DNA of 64,000 nucleotides from the NCBI GenBank assembly GCA_963765005.1, contig CAVXUP010000009.1, positions 269,609 to 333,608 of the forward strand, written 5' to 3'. Of this stretch, positions 28,640 through 38,083 are shown piece after piece; positions within the stretch are counted from its first letter, which is position 1, and every line of letters begins with the position of its first letter. Position numbers and translations under genes: made by a program. The stretch is from an uncultured Bacteroidales bacterium. Its GTDB lineage: Bacteria > Bacteroidota > Bacteroidia > Bacteroidales > VadinHA17. Below the pieces are notes generated by a model. That model was not told the DNA's origin and did no database searches. It saw only the letters and a program-made list of their open reading frames with translations.

Positions 28640-31600
28640 TTATAAACCAAAGGTGATACCGAACATGAACTGCTTCGGCGTTGGCCAGGCACCCTGATCA
28701 ACTCCCATATTAATACCGGCACCTGCAATTTCAGGATCAAGACCGGAATAGTTTGTAAGAGTAAACAGGTTGGAGCCCTGGAAATAAATCTGAACAGTAC
28801 TGAATTTGTTATTCAGAAGCCTGTTAATATCATAACCTACCCTGAAATTCTTCATCCTTAGGAAGGAACCATCTTCGAGGAAGGCTGTTGATGGCTGCTG
28901 GTGAGGTGTATCGTTGGAGTAAATAACCGGCATTGTTGCCTTGGAATTGTCTCCATTGAGGTACGGGCTGCCCCATGATTCATAAAGCCTTCTGTTACTC
29001 TTGCCTGATTCGAACTGAGTATAGTCGATAAAACGGCTAACATAGTTTACGATTTCGTTTCCGACACTTGAATAGAGAGTTGCAGACAGGAAAATTCCCT
29101 TGTAGTCGACATTGAATGAAAGACCAGCTGTGAAATCAGGGTGAGGTGATCCAATGTAAGTACGGTCCGCTGCATCGACCCATCCGTTTCCATCAACATC
29201 CTTGTATTTGTAATGTCCAAGGTCGTTATATGTACCAGTGGCTCCGAAGGCCTTTGGCCAATTATCAACCTCATCCTGCGTCTGGAAAATCCCTTCGACC
29301 TGGTATCCGAAGAATTCAGGGAAAGAGTGACCACTTTGAGTCCTGGTATAGATCATCTCACGATAGGTCGAACCTGCATAGAAGTCACCCAGGTTGTCGG
29401 TAAGTTTCACAATCTCATTTTTATAATGAGAGAATACAAGGTCAACACCCCAGTTGAGATCACCGTTCAATGAACTCTTGGCATAACCAAGGGTAATATC
29501 AAAACCGGTATTTTTCATCTCACCGATATTTATCGAAGGCTGTGATGCTGTTCCATAGATAAGAGGCAGCCTGTTTAGGATAAAGCATATCACTTGTAAC
29601 ACGCTGCCACAGGTCAATGTTCATTGTAAGACTCTTGAACAAAGTAGCATCTATACCAAAGTTTGTTGTTGCAGTGGTTTCCCATTTTACATCAGCGTTG
29701 CCGAATGTGGTCTGGGCGAATCCGGTTGTACCTGCTGTGCTGTTTGAACCGCTGACCGGGTAAAATGCAGTATTGAAGTTAATTGCATATTGTGAGTAGC
29801 TGTTGTAGTTACCCATGCGGTCGTTTCCGACCACTCCGTAACCTGCACGGATCTTCAATTCATCCAGCCAGCTTTTTGTAGAGGCCATGAAGTTCTCCTC
29901 TGAAATCCTCCATCCAAGGGAGACTGCAGGGAATACACCATACTTCTGGTTACCGAAACGGGAAGAACCATCACGGCGAATTACAGCCTCGACCATGTAT
30001 TTATCGGCATATGTATAGTTTATACGGCCAAAGATAGAGAACAGGCTATATTCACTGATTCCGCCTCCTGAGTTGTTGATTGAACGAAGACCTGTATTCA
30101 GGTTCATATAAGTAAGGTCAAGAATAGGATATTCTGATCTGTTGGCACCAATACTCTCTCCATTGCTTTCAAAAGCCTCGGTACCTGCAATTGCCTTGAG
30201 ATTATGATCACCTGTGATCAGAGAATAATCAATTGTATTTGTCCAGGTCCAGTTTGTTCCCCAGCCTGCGCCCTTTCCAAAATAATCATAAGTTCCTCTT
30301 TCCGCAGCAGCTACTTCAACAAAGTTGACATCCTGTGAGTTATACTGGTACTGGTTTATACCGACGCGTGTCTGAACAGATAAGCCTTTCATAAGGTTGA
30401 GTTTCAGATAAGCGTTTCCGGTAAGGTTGATCTGTTTTGTAAAATCATACTGGTTCTTGTCAAGAAGGAATACAGCGTTCTGAGCATTTCCCATACCGGA
30501 TGACCTAGATCCTCCATATGTGGTTCCTGAAATATCATATAGGGGAACCATGGTAGGAAGACGGTAGGTCCAGGAAACTATTGAACTTTCAGAGTTATCG
30601 CCCTGGTGTCCGTAATCATTGGTATAGTTACCACCGATATTGGTACCCAAATCGATCCACTTTGCAGGGGAAGTGTTGATGTTTGCACGGAAACTGTACC
30701 TGTCGAAACCTGTGTATTTAAAAACACCTTCGTCCTTGGTGTAGCCAAGAAGGAATGCATATGTTGTATTGGCACTGCCGCCTGTTACATCAATTGTATA
30801 CTCTTTAAACTGAGCATCACGCTGGGCTTCTTCCATCCAGTTTGTCCCTGGGCTAGATTTGGCAATAAGATAGGTGTCGGTACCATCAATGGTAGCCAGT
30901 TTATTGTCATATCTGGCAGGATCTACGAGCGGAGATCCTTCTGCAGTTTTTGTTGGGAATATATAGTCAGGAATAACAGGCTCTGATCCGGTTCCAAACT
31001 GAACATGATTATAAGTAAGGACAGGAGCTGCACCTACTGGATTTCTTTGCCAGGCCCTTAAATTTTTATTATAAAGGTTCTCTGTTTCAAGCCACAACAT
31101 GTCTCCCCACTCCTGGGTATTTAAAAGGTCATACTGGTTAGAATTCCTTGTGATACCCTGCCTGACGTTAACGGTCATGTTTACTTTCTGGTTTTTCTTA
31201 CCCGATTTTGTTGTTACAAGAACAACCCCGTTGGCAGCCCTGGCACCATAAATTGACTGGGCAGCAGCATCTTTAAGGATTGTGATTGATTCAACATCAT
31301 TTGGCGAATAGTTACCGCCGGGAATACCATCAACAACGAACAGCGGGTTGGCATCGTTGATTGTTGTCATACCACGGATCCTCAGGGTTGAGCCTTCACC
31401 GGGGGTATGCTGGTTCAGAACCGATACCCCTGCCACTTTACCCTGGAGACGCTGAACCGGGTTGGAAGCAGCACTTTCGGCAAGAGCAGCAGAATTAACA
31501 GTTGAAACTGCACCGGTAAGAGATTTCCTTGTCTGGGTTGAATAACCTACAACAACGATCTCATCAAGTGCGGTTTGTGTTTCAACAAGGGTTACATTAA

Positions 31601-31955
31601 TTAAGGTCTGCGTACCTACCGGAACGTCGACTGTGGTGTAACCGATAAATGAGAAGGTCAGCACTGAGTTGCCGGAGGTGACAGAAATAGCATATGAGCC
31701 GTTACCGTCGGTAATCTTCCCATTTGTTGTACCTTTTTCGATAATATTTACCCCGACAAGTGCGTTGCCTTGATTGTCAACAACTTTACCGGAAATATTT
31801 ATCTGCTGAAAGTCATCTGAAGAGGCAACACCTGCCGCTGTTGCGGTGAGTTGTGCTGTCCCTATCAATAAAAACAGAGAAAGGAGCCTCATCATGGTTT
31901 TGTGCCTGGTGAAGCACATCACTAACAAAGCTGCCTGCTTTAATTTCTTAGTCAT
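28640..31955 (-). pseudogene. SusC-family TonB-dependent receptor with a single frameshift near nt 29568-29571
   Basis: ORF 29520..31955 has CarbopepD_reg-like and plug motifs (ISGKVVDNQGNALVGVNI, IVVVGYSTQTRKSLTGAV, LRIRGMTT, PLFVVDGIPG, VESITILKDAAAQSIYGARAANGVVLVTTKSG). The barrel continues in ORF 28640..29617 (LPLIYGTASQPSINIGEMKNTGFD...ITFGL, terminal aromatic-type end). The likely true start is MMRLLSLFLL, near 31895. Confidence 0.8.
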
Positions 31956-32091
31956 ACTTTTAAGGTTAGAAGGTTAGAATTTTTTTTAAATAGATTAATT
32001 TCTAATAATAAAAAAATATTCTCCGGAAGGTCAGAATACTTCCGAAAAACAGTTTTAAGGTTAATAAGAGTTGTGCATAGGCAATTATTTT

Positions 32092-32163
32092 TTAGGTTAG
32101 GTTAGAAAGTATAGGTTAAAGTCAAAAGTCAAAAGTCAAAAGTCAAAAGTATCAAAAGATCAA
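32092..32163. repeat. Heptamer arrays (AGGTTAG degenerate; GTCAAAA x4)
   Basis: ttaggttaggttagaaagtataggttaaa, then gtcaaaagtcaaaagtcaaaagtcaaaagtatcaaaag. A related aaggttagaaggttagaa lies at 31962-31979. Confidence 0.95.
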
Positions 32164-32276
32164 TCCGCCATGAATGACAAAATTCGGACTTTTTAAAATT
32201 ATATAAAATTATCTAATAAAAACAAGTCATTAAACAAAAACTTTCATGCTTAATATCACATTCAAGGGTGAAATGG

Positions 32277-33053
32277 CTACAGGTTGAAGACCGGATTTGT
32301 CTGATATACAATCTCCTCATTCCTGAAATAAACCCTTTCGAGGAATAATCCGCTCGGAGGGGCTGTCAACTTGGCCGGAATATCTGTTTTAATCTTGAAG
32401 AAAGAAGCAACTTCCTCATTTGACAGGTTTCCCCGTCCGACTTCAACAAGCACACCTGTCATTCGTCTTACCTGCTTCCAGAGAAAATGTGAACCTACTA
32501 CATGGAATACAAGCAGGTCTCCAAAGTCTTCAACCTTTGCATGCATTATCTCAGTTTTGGTTGAAGCTTGTTCCTGCTCAGGGTCGGTAAAATACCTGTA
32601 ATCTTTAAGACCGGTGAAGAGTTTTGCTGCATCGTTCATTTTATCTGTGTCGAGAGAATCTTTTATCCACCAGACATATTTCTTGCCAAAGGCAGTTCTT
32701 CTGCGGCTTATCTGATATATATAACTCCGCGCGGTAGCATCGTGCCTGGCATGGAATTTAGGATGAGCTTCCTCAACATTTGTTATGCAGATGTCGGGAG
32801 GAAGGCGGTCATTGATTCCATATCTGATCCTTAGCGGCAACAACTCTGTTTCAACACCCAGATGGGCAACCTGGCCGATGGCATGCACCCCGCCATCGGT
32901 ACGGCCCGCTCCAAACAGATCAATATCGTCAACTTTAAAGAGTTCGCGGCAGGCATCAAGTATTTCACCCTGCACTGTCTTGCCACCCTTCTGTATCTGC
33001 CATCCGGTGTAACGTGTTCCTTCGTATTCAAGAGTAAGCTTGTATCGTCCCAT
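32277..33053 (-). CDS. truA: tRNA pseudouridine(38-40) synthase
   Basis: YKLTLEYEGTRYTGWQIQ, GAGRTDGGVHAIGQVAHL (catalytic Asp motif), length 258 aa. Confidence 0.95.
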   Translation of the reverse strand: MGRYKLTLEYEGTRYTGWQIQKGGKTVQGEILDACRELFKVDDIDLFGAGRTDGGVHAIGQVAHLGVETELLPLRIRYGINDRLPPDICITNVEEAHPKFHARHDATARSYIYQISRRRTAFGKKYVWWIKDSLDTDKMNDAAKLFTGLKDYRYFTDPEQEQASTKTEIMHAKVEDFGDLLVFHVVGSHFLWKQVRRMTGVLVEVGRGNLSNEEVASFFKIKTDIPAKLTAPPSGLFLERVYFRNEEIVYQTNPVFNL

Positions 33054-33154
33054 ATAATATAATGTATAACTTATGTAAATATAGGATAAAAGTTTGGAGT
33101 CCCTGGGTAAGCACTTATATAATTATCTTCAGAGTATGAGATGCGGATTGCTTC

Positions 33155-33266
33155 GTCACCGTCCGCCAGCCGGCGGACGGGTTCCTCGCAATGACGGTGA
33201 CTGTAAGTATCTGATTCCATTACGCCATTACGCCTTTACGCCATTACGCCTTTATGCCGTTGTGCC
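33155..33266. repeat. Nested GC hairpins followed by an octamer array (CCATTACG x6, degenerate)
   Basis: ccgtccgcc-agcc-ggcggacgg (33159-33180). gtcaccgtc (33155-63) is complementary to gacggtgac (33193-201). Then ccattacgccattacgcctttacgccattacgcctttatgccgttgtgcc (33217-33266). Confidence 0.9.
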
Positions 33267-33357
33267 TGAATTCTTCTGTGAAAAAATTAACACCAATCCA
33301 TTGCAGTTTCAAATGATTTCATATTTTTGCATAAAATGCCATAGACAAGTATCATTT

Positions 33358-33760
33358 ATGAATTTCAGTAAGACAGCTTCTTATTCACTAAACATTCTGA
33401 GCTATATGGCAATAAATGAAAATGTGCCTATGTCTGCTGCAGTTCTCCATGAAAAGCTTTCAATCCCCTACCCTTATCTCAGGCAGATACTAACTACTCT
33501 CGCAAAGAATGATTTTATCGGGAGCACAAGGGGCAGAGGCGGCGGTTTCAGATTCAGCAGGGACATAAGACACCATTTCCCTGGCCGATATCATTGATGC
33601 AACAGACGGACTTGAAAGCCTGAATAAATGTTTACTGGGATTCAGTGCTGTCCCGTTCAACAATGAGTGTTCAATGCACTCTGTCTGGGAATCAACACGA
33701 CAGAATATTGTTAAAGTACTGAAAGAGACATCACTGGCTGACATAGCAAAGAAGAGATAA
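33358..33760 (+). pseudogene. Rrf2/BadM-family transcriptional regulator with a frameshift near nt 33571-33575
   Basis: MNFSKTASYSLNILSYMAINENVPMSAAVLHEKLSIPYPYLRQILTTLAKNDFIGSTRGRGGGFRFSRDI is a typical Rrf2 wHTH. The expected continuation (ISLADIIDATDGLESLNKCLLGFSAVPFNNECSMHSVWESTRQNIVKVLKETSLADIAKKR) is open in the +1 frame to a stop at 33758-33760. Confidence 0.75.
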
Positions 33761-33821
33761 TTTTTTTATTTTTAATTGAGATAAACTTATATCATTTAAC
33801 ATTAACAAAAAAGGAGGTCCT

Positions 33822-34391
33822 ATGGTTGACTCAAAAATGGTCCTCACAGGACAAACACTGGCTTATACGCTTTACTGTATTGCCATGATATTGCTTGTCG
33901 CCTGGTTCAGTTTAAAGGTGACAACAGAAGGAAAGGGGAAATTAAAGGGTATTAAACCTGCATGGTTTTACACTCTTGTCGGCTTCCTGACAGTACTCGG
34001 TTTTTCACTCCACGTTATCACCTACAATACAATCCCGTGGGCTGAAATGGATCTGAAGCGGGCAGCTTATACCCCGGATAAGACTTTTGAAATAACTGTT
34101 AAGGATCATAAGTTCAACCTTCCCTCAGAAAAGCTTGTGATAAATGTGAACGACAAGGTTCTGTTTGACGTCACGTCAGAAGATCTGACCTACGGGTTCG
34201 GGTTATTCAGGAGCGATAACAGCATGATGTTCCAGATGCAGGTCGTACCAGGCCACAGGAATGATATTCTCTGGCTCTTCGATCGCGAAGGGGTCTACTC
34301 AATACGATCGACCGAGTACTCCGGACCAAAAGGAGTTGCTATGATCTTGCGTGATGTAGTACAGGTGGTTCCTGCAGGAGGAATAAAATAA
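33822..34391 (+). CDS. Haem-copper oxidase subunit II-like protein (2 TM plus cupredoxin fold) with a degenerate CuA site
   Basis: Two N-terminal TM helices. The beta-rich domain ends in IRSTEYSGPKGVAM, which aligns to the CuA motif C-x-E-x-C-G-x-x-H-x-x-M with both Cys changed to Ser and His changed to Gly. A strong AAGGAGG lies 4 nt upstream of the ATG. Confidence 0.65.
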   Translation: MVDSKMVLTGQTLAYTLYCIAMILLVAWFSLKVTTEGKGKLKGIKPAWFYTLVGFLTVLGFSLHVITYNTIPWAEMDLKRAAYTPDKTFEITVKDHKFNLPSEKLVINVNDKVLFDVTSEDLTYGFGLFRSDNSMMFQMQVVPGHRNDILWLFDREGVYSIRSTEYSGPKGVAMILRDVVQVVPAGGIK

Positions 34392-34418
34392 TCTCAAAAA
34401 CATTTAATAATCAGACTT

Positions 34419-36038
34419 ATGAGTTTTATAAAGACATTCATGAACGGTGAAGAGGGTCATTTCAAATCAGCTACTCTCACTCCAATGCAGAAACTTACAC
34501 TCCGGTTTGTTGTAGTAGGGCTTATCTATTTCGGATTCGTAGTGATAGAAGGCATGATTATGAGGCTATACCAGGTCACGCCTCTCTCTTACATAACTGA
34601 ACCTCAGTATTTTGCTATACTTACGGCTCATCCCCTTGTCGGAATCTTCGGATCAACATATTCAATTGTATGCGGCGCATTCCTGTTTCTGGTTCCTTTT
34701 CTGATGAAGAAACCACTGTGGAGCATCAAACTAGGCAACTGGACCTTCGTTCTTATCGCTGCAGGGACCTTTATTTTCTGGTTTGCAGGTTTTGTAAGTC
34801 ATTACTCACCGCTCTATACCCTCTATTGGCCCCTTCCAGCTGACTTCTCACAATTCAGTGTCTGGGGAGGTACCTTCTTTATAGTTGGTATTGCCATAGT
34901 CATGGTTGGAACTGCTTTTTTCATAATAAATATCTTTAAGACAATAACCTATACTCCTGAAGGATGGGACAAACAACCTGCAGGTGCATTGCTTAAATCA
35001 GCTCTTGGCATTACCGGATTTACAAATATCTTTTCTAAAGAGAACAAGGAACATCTTGTGCCTCTTCCTGTTGCCGCAGTGGCCAGGGGAAGTATCGACA
35101 TGGCATTGAATACAGCCACGATCCTATTTACTGGTGTACTGATACTTGTTTATATGGTTGGTTCTATTCTCGGATTCGACCTTAAGGAGACAGCAGTTGA
35201 TGCACTTCTGTACAAAAACTGGTTCTGGTGGGGACTTGACCTGATTGCCGATGGACTTGTACTGATCTTTGTGGCCGGGACCTGGTACCTTCTGGCAATG
35301 ATGATCACCGGAAAGCCACTCTTCATGCAGAATATTGCCAGAGCTGCCCTTCTTGTCGAACTTATAGTATCATGGACGGTCTGGTCACATCACCTTCTTT
35401 CTGATCAGGCGCAGCCAGGGGTACTTAAGGTCCTTTCAGGTGAACTTGTTACAGCATTTGAACTGATAACACAGGGGCTGGCCTTCTTCATTACTCTTAT
35501 TACCCTTTGGAGCGCCAGGCCTCTAAAAATGACAAATCCGCTGAAATTCCTGCTCGGCGGACTTCTTGGTTTTGCACTTGCGGTACCTGCAGGAATAATG
35601 CAGGCTGATGTTGGCCTGAACAGGATCCTTCACAATACCCAATGGGTTGTAGGACCGCATGTTCATGTTGCAGTTCTGGTTGGGCTTACAATGACACTCT
35701 ATTCCGCAATCTACCTTCTTTTCCCAATCTTGACGAATGGAGCTAAAGTCCATAGTCAGAAACTTGTAAATCTGCACTTCTGGTGCCATCTGACAGGCGG
35801 AATAGGCATGGGTGCGTTCATGGGAATGGCCGGACTAAACGGAATGCTGAGGCGGTCTATATACTATGAAGGCGAATTCAATCTCCTGATGATTCTGGCT
35901 GCGATCAGCGGAGCCTTAATCCTGATCGGTTTCCTTGCATTCTTCTATAATATAGTAATGAGTGTAGGCCTGAATGGTGTGATTGGCATTTTCACTCCAG
36001 CGAAACTTAAAACAAAAGACCTGGTTCCCGCTGAGTAA
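34419..36038 (+). CDS. Haem-copper oxidoreductase superfamily subunit I-like protein (12 or more TM) with an atypical active site (Asp replaces a CuB His; no cross-link Tyr)
   Basis: Conserved His: helix II ILTAHPLVG (H71), helix VII WSHHLL (H324/H325), helix X GPHVHVAV (H414/H416). The helix VI motif FWW-x-G-H-P-x-V-Y is replaced by FWWGLDLIAD (Asp codon at nt 35238-35240). Confidence 0.8.
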   Translation: MSFIKTFMNGEEGHFKSATLTPMQKLTLRFVVVGLIYFGFVVIEGMIMRLYQVTPLSYITEPQYFAILTAHPLVGIFGSTYSIVCGAFLFLVPFLMKKPLWSIKLGNWTFVLIAAGTFIFWFAGFVSHYSPLYTLYWPLPADFSQFSVWGGTFFIVGIAIVMVGTAFFIINIFKTITYTPEGWDKQPAGALLKSALGITGFTNIFSKENKEHLVPLPVAAVARGSIDMALNTATILFTGVLILVYMVGSILGFDLKETAVDALLYKNWFWWGLDLIADGLVLIFVAGTWYLLAMMITGKPLFMQNIARAALLVELIVSWTVWSHHLLSDQAQPGVLKVLSGELVTAFELITQGLAFFITLITLWSARPLKMTNPLKFLLGGLLGFALAVPAGIMQADVGLNRILHNTQWVVGPHVHVAVLVGLTMTLYSAIYLLFPILTNGAKVHSQKLVNLHFWCHLTGGIGMGAFMGMAGLNGMLRRSIYYEGEFNLLMILAAISGALILIGFLAFFYNIVMSVGLNGVIGIFTPAKLKTKDLVPAE

Positions 36039-36085
36039 TAAAACATATTTCTTACTTTTGAAAGCACTTACTGATTTCAAAAGTT

Positions 36086-36595
36086 ATGAAACATAAATAT
36101 ATGAATCCATACCTGGCAGGTACTATGCTGGGTATGGTTCTTTTACTGGCGATGTTCCTGTCAGGACGTGGCCTGGGTGCCAGCGGAGGACTAAAATATT
36201 GTGTGGTTTCGATAGTAGGAGCCGTTGACAGGCCTCACGCTGACAAATCAATTTACTACAGCAAATACTTTGAAGACGGGAAGAAACCATTAAAGAACTG
36301 GCTCACTCTGGAAATACTCGGAGTTGTTGCCGGAGGTTTTCTATCCGGAGCACTATCAAAAAGACTGAAGTTCCGGATCGAGAAATCGCCGGACATTTCA
36401 AATTCCAGACGATTGGTCTTCGCTTTTCTGGGGGGAGTCTTCTTCGTTTATGGGGCCCAGCTTGCAAGAGGCTGTACCAGCGGCGCCGCCCTTTCAGGAA
36501 TGGCAGTACTTTCCGTTGCGGGATTTGTCACAATGATGGCAATATTCGGTTCGGCTTATATTTTTGCGTGGTTCTTTCGTAAAAACTGGATTTGA
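36086..36595 (+). CDS. YeeE/YedE-family sulfur-compound transporter half (PF04143-like)
   Basis: 4 TM. GRGLGASGG and ARGCTSGAALSGMA motifs (conserved Cys in the G-C-x-x-G loop). Confidence 0.8.
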   Translation: MKHKYMNPYLAGTMLGMVLLLAMFLSGRGLGASGGLKYCVVSIVGAVDRPHADKSIYYSKYFEDGKKPLKNWLTLEILGVVAGGFLSGALSKRLKFRIEKSPDISNSRRLVFAFLGGVFFVYGAQLARGCTSGAALSGMAVLSVAGFVTMMAIFGSAYIFAWFFRKNWI

Positions 36596-36596
36596 A

Positions 36597-36697
36597 GAAG
36601 GCGGTAAATGCGTAAAGGCGGTAAATGCTGTAAAGGCGGTAAAAGGAGCCGCGGTGTTAATTGCCTTATAAAGCCCTTAAAGCCTTTAAAGCTTTTT
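36597..36697. repeat. Degenerate tandem repeats (GGCGGTAAA-type arm, then CCTTTAAAG-type arm)
   Basis: gaaggcggtaaatgcgtaaaggcggtaaatgctgtaaaggcggtaaaagg ... ccttataaagcccttaaagcctttaaagc. Confidence 0.9.
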
Positions 36698-36747
36698 AAA
36701 TCATCTATGGCTGTTGAATTTATAAATGATTAAACTCTTATAACAAC

Positions 36748-37350
36748 ATGGGACCAATTTCATCACTGATAAACATGCCTGAGTGGCTCGATCTGCTGAT
36801 TGCATTATTCATAGGCATCGGTTTCGGTTTTGCCCTTGAGCAGGCAGGATTCTCCTCGAGCCGGAAGCTTGCAGGAATGTTCTATGGTTATGATACGACT
36901 GTGATTAAGGTATTCTTCACAGCAGCTATAGTAGCCCTTATAGGATCGCAGATACTCAGCTTCCTGGGTCTTCTTAACCTTAACCAGGTGTTTGTTAATG
37001 AATTCTATGTTACTGCTTCAATTGTCGGAGGAGTGATAATGGGAGCTGGTTTTATAATGGGTGGTTTCTGTCCGGGAACAGGGCTGAGCGCTTTGTCGAT
37101 AGGCAAAATTGATGCAATGGTTTTCTTCGGCGGAGGTCTTACAGGCGCATTCCTTTTTGCAGAAACCTATCCATATATCGAAAAAATAGCAAACAGTTCC
37201 TATAAAGGACCTGTTAAGATCGACGAAGCACTCGGGTTGTCAACCGGACTGTTCATTCTTCTTCTTATTGTTGCGGCAGTTATAATGTTCTGGATTGCAG
37301 AGCTTGCTGAGAAACGGTTCGCACGGCCTGACATTACAAATGAAATCTAA
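36748..37350 (+). CDS. YeeE/YedE-family sulfur-compound transporter, second half
   Basis: 5-6 TM. GFALEQAGFSS and GGFCPGTGLSALS motifs. Confidence 0.8.
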   Translation: MGPISSLINMPEWLDLLIALFIGIGFGFALEQAGFSSSRKLAGMFYGYDTTVIKVFFTAAIVALIGSQILSFLGLLNLNQVFVNEFYVTASIVGGVIMGAGFIMGGFCPGTGLSALSIGKIDAMVFFGGGLTGAFLFAETYPYIEKIANSSYKGPVKIDEALGLSTGLFILLLIVAAVIMFWIAELAEKRFARPDITNEI

Positions 37351-37972
37351 TATCCTCACTATGAATCCCAGGACTGCAATATCGGCAATTCTACTGAGTT
37401 TCGGACTTATACTTGCCCTGCTCCCACTTACAGCCAACCGCTCTTTTAGCGGAAAACCTCAGACAGTACTTGAAAAATCAGGAGCTGAAGACAGATATCT
37501 TACTGCCGATCAGGTGGCCCGGTTTATTATCGCTGAAGACACTACAATTCAGATAATCGACCTGAGATCACCTGAAGAGTATATGGCGATGAGCCTTCCG
37601 GGGTCATTGAATCTTCCATACGATCAGATGCTGACGAAGGACCCTGCTTATATATTCGACAAAAAAGGGATCAAAACGATATTGTATTCTAATGGTGACC
37701 TGAAAGCCAGCTATGCTCTTGCGATTGCAGAAGGATTGAATTATGATAATGTCTATATCATGAAAGGCGGTCTCAATGAGTGGTTTAAAACAATAATAAA
37801 CAGCAGCTTCACCGGAGAGAAGATCTCTGCAAGGGAGAATGCGCTATTCGAGACAAGAACCAGGGCCAGAAGGCTTTTCAATGAACTTAACAGTCTGCCT
37901 GACAGTCTTAAGATAAAATATCTTGCTGCTAAACAGGGTGAAGCTAAGAAGCTGGATGGGGGATGTGAATAA
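37340..37972 (+). CDS. Membrane-anchored rhodanese-like domain protein with the active-site Cys replaced by Ser
   Basis: ATG 37340 (MKSNIL..., TM anchor AISAILLSFGLILALLPL) overlaps the upstream gene by 11 nt. Rhodanese fold IQIIDLRSPEEYMAMSLPGSLNLP...ILYSNGDLKASYALAIAEGLNYDNVYIMKGGLNEW. Confidence 0.75.
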   Translation: MKSNILTMNPRTAISAILLSFGLILALLPLTANRSFSGKPQTVLEKSGAEDRYLTADQVARFIIAEDTTIQIIDLRSPEEYMAMSLPGSLNLPYDQMLTKDPAYIFDKKGIKTILYSNGDLKASYALAIAEGLNYDNVYIMKGGLNEWFKTIINSSFTGEKISARENALFETRTRARRLFNELNSLPDSLKIKYLAAKQGEAKKLDGGCE

Positions 37973-37977
37973 GAAGA

Positions 37978-38070
37978 GAATTTGAAAATTTGAAAATTTG
38001 AAAATTTGAAAATGGCTTAAAAATTTTTAAGCTTTGAGTCGTGAGTCGTGAGTCGATTGCCATGAGTCAA
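37978..38070. repeat. Octamer array (TTTGAAAA x4.5), an 18-bp AT palindrome, and a heptamer array (GAGTCGT x3)
   Basis: gaatttgaaaatttgaaaatttgaaaatttgaaaat (37978-38013). gcttaaaaatttttaagc (38015-38032). tttgagtcgtgagtcgtgagtcg...atgagtcaaaa. Confidence 0.95.
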
Positions 38071-38083
38071 AATTTATGCAGTT

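Noticed and set aside
28060-29575. Programmed ribosomal frameshifting or phase-variable homopolymer switches in the SusC and SusD genes.
   Set aside because: There is no slippery heptamer, no long homopolymer and no downstream pseudoknot-like signal at the breakpoints. Gene decay or sequencing error is more parsimonious.
34419-36038. Annotation as an ordinary cytochrome c/quinol oxidase subunit I (cbb3, ba3 or aa3 type).
   Set aside because: One CuB His and the cross-link Tyr are missing, and the partner subunit II has lost all CuA Cys and His ligands. The O2-reductase call is therefore not supported.
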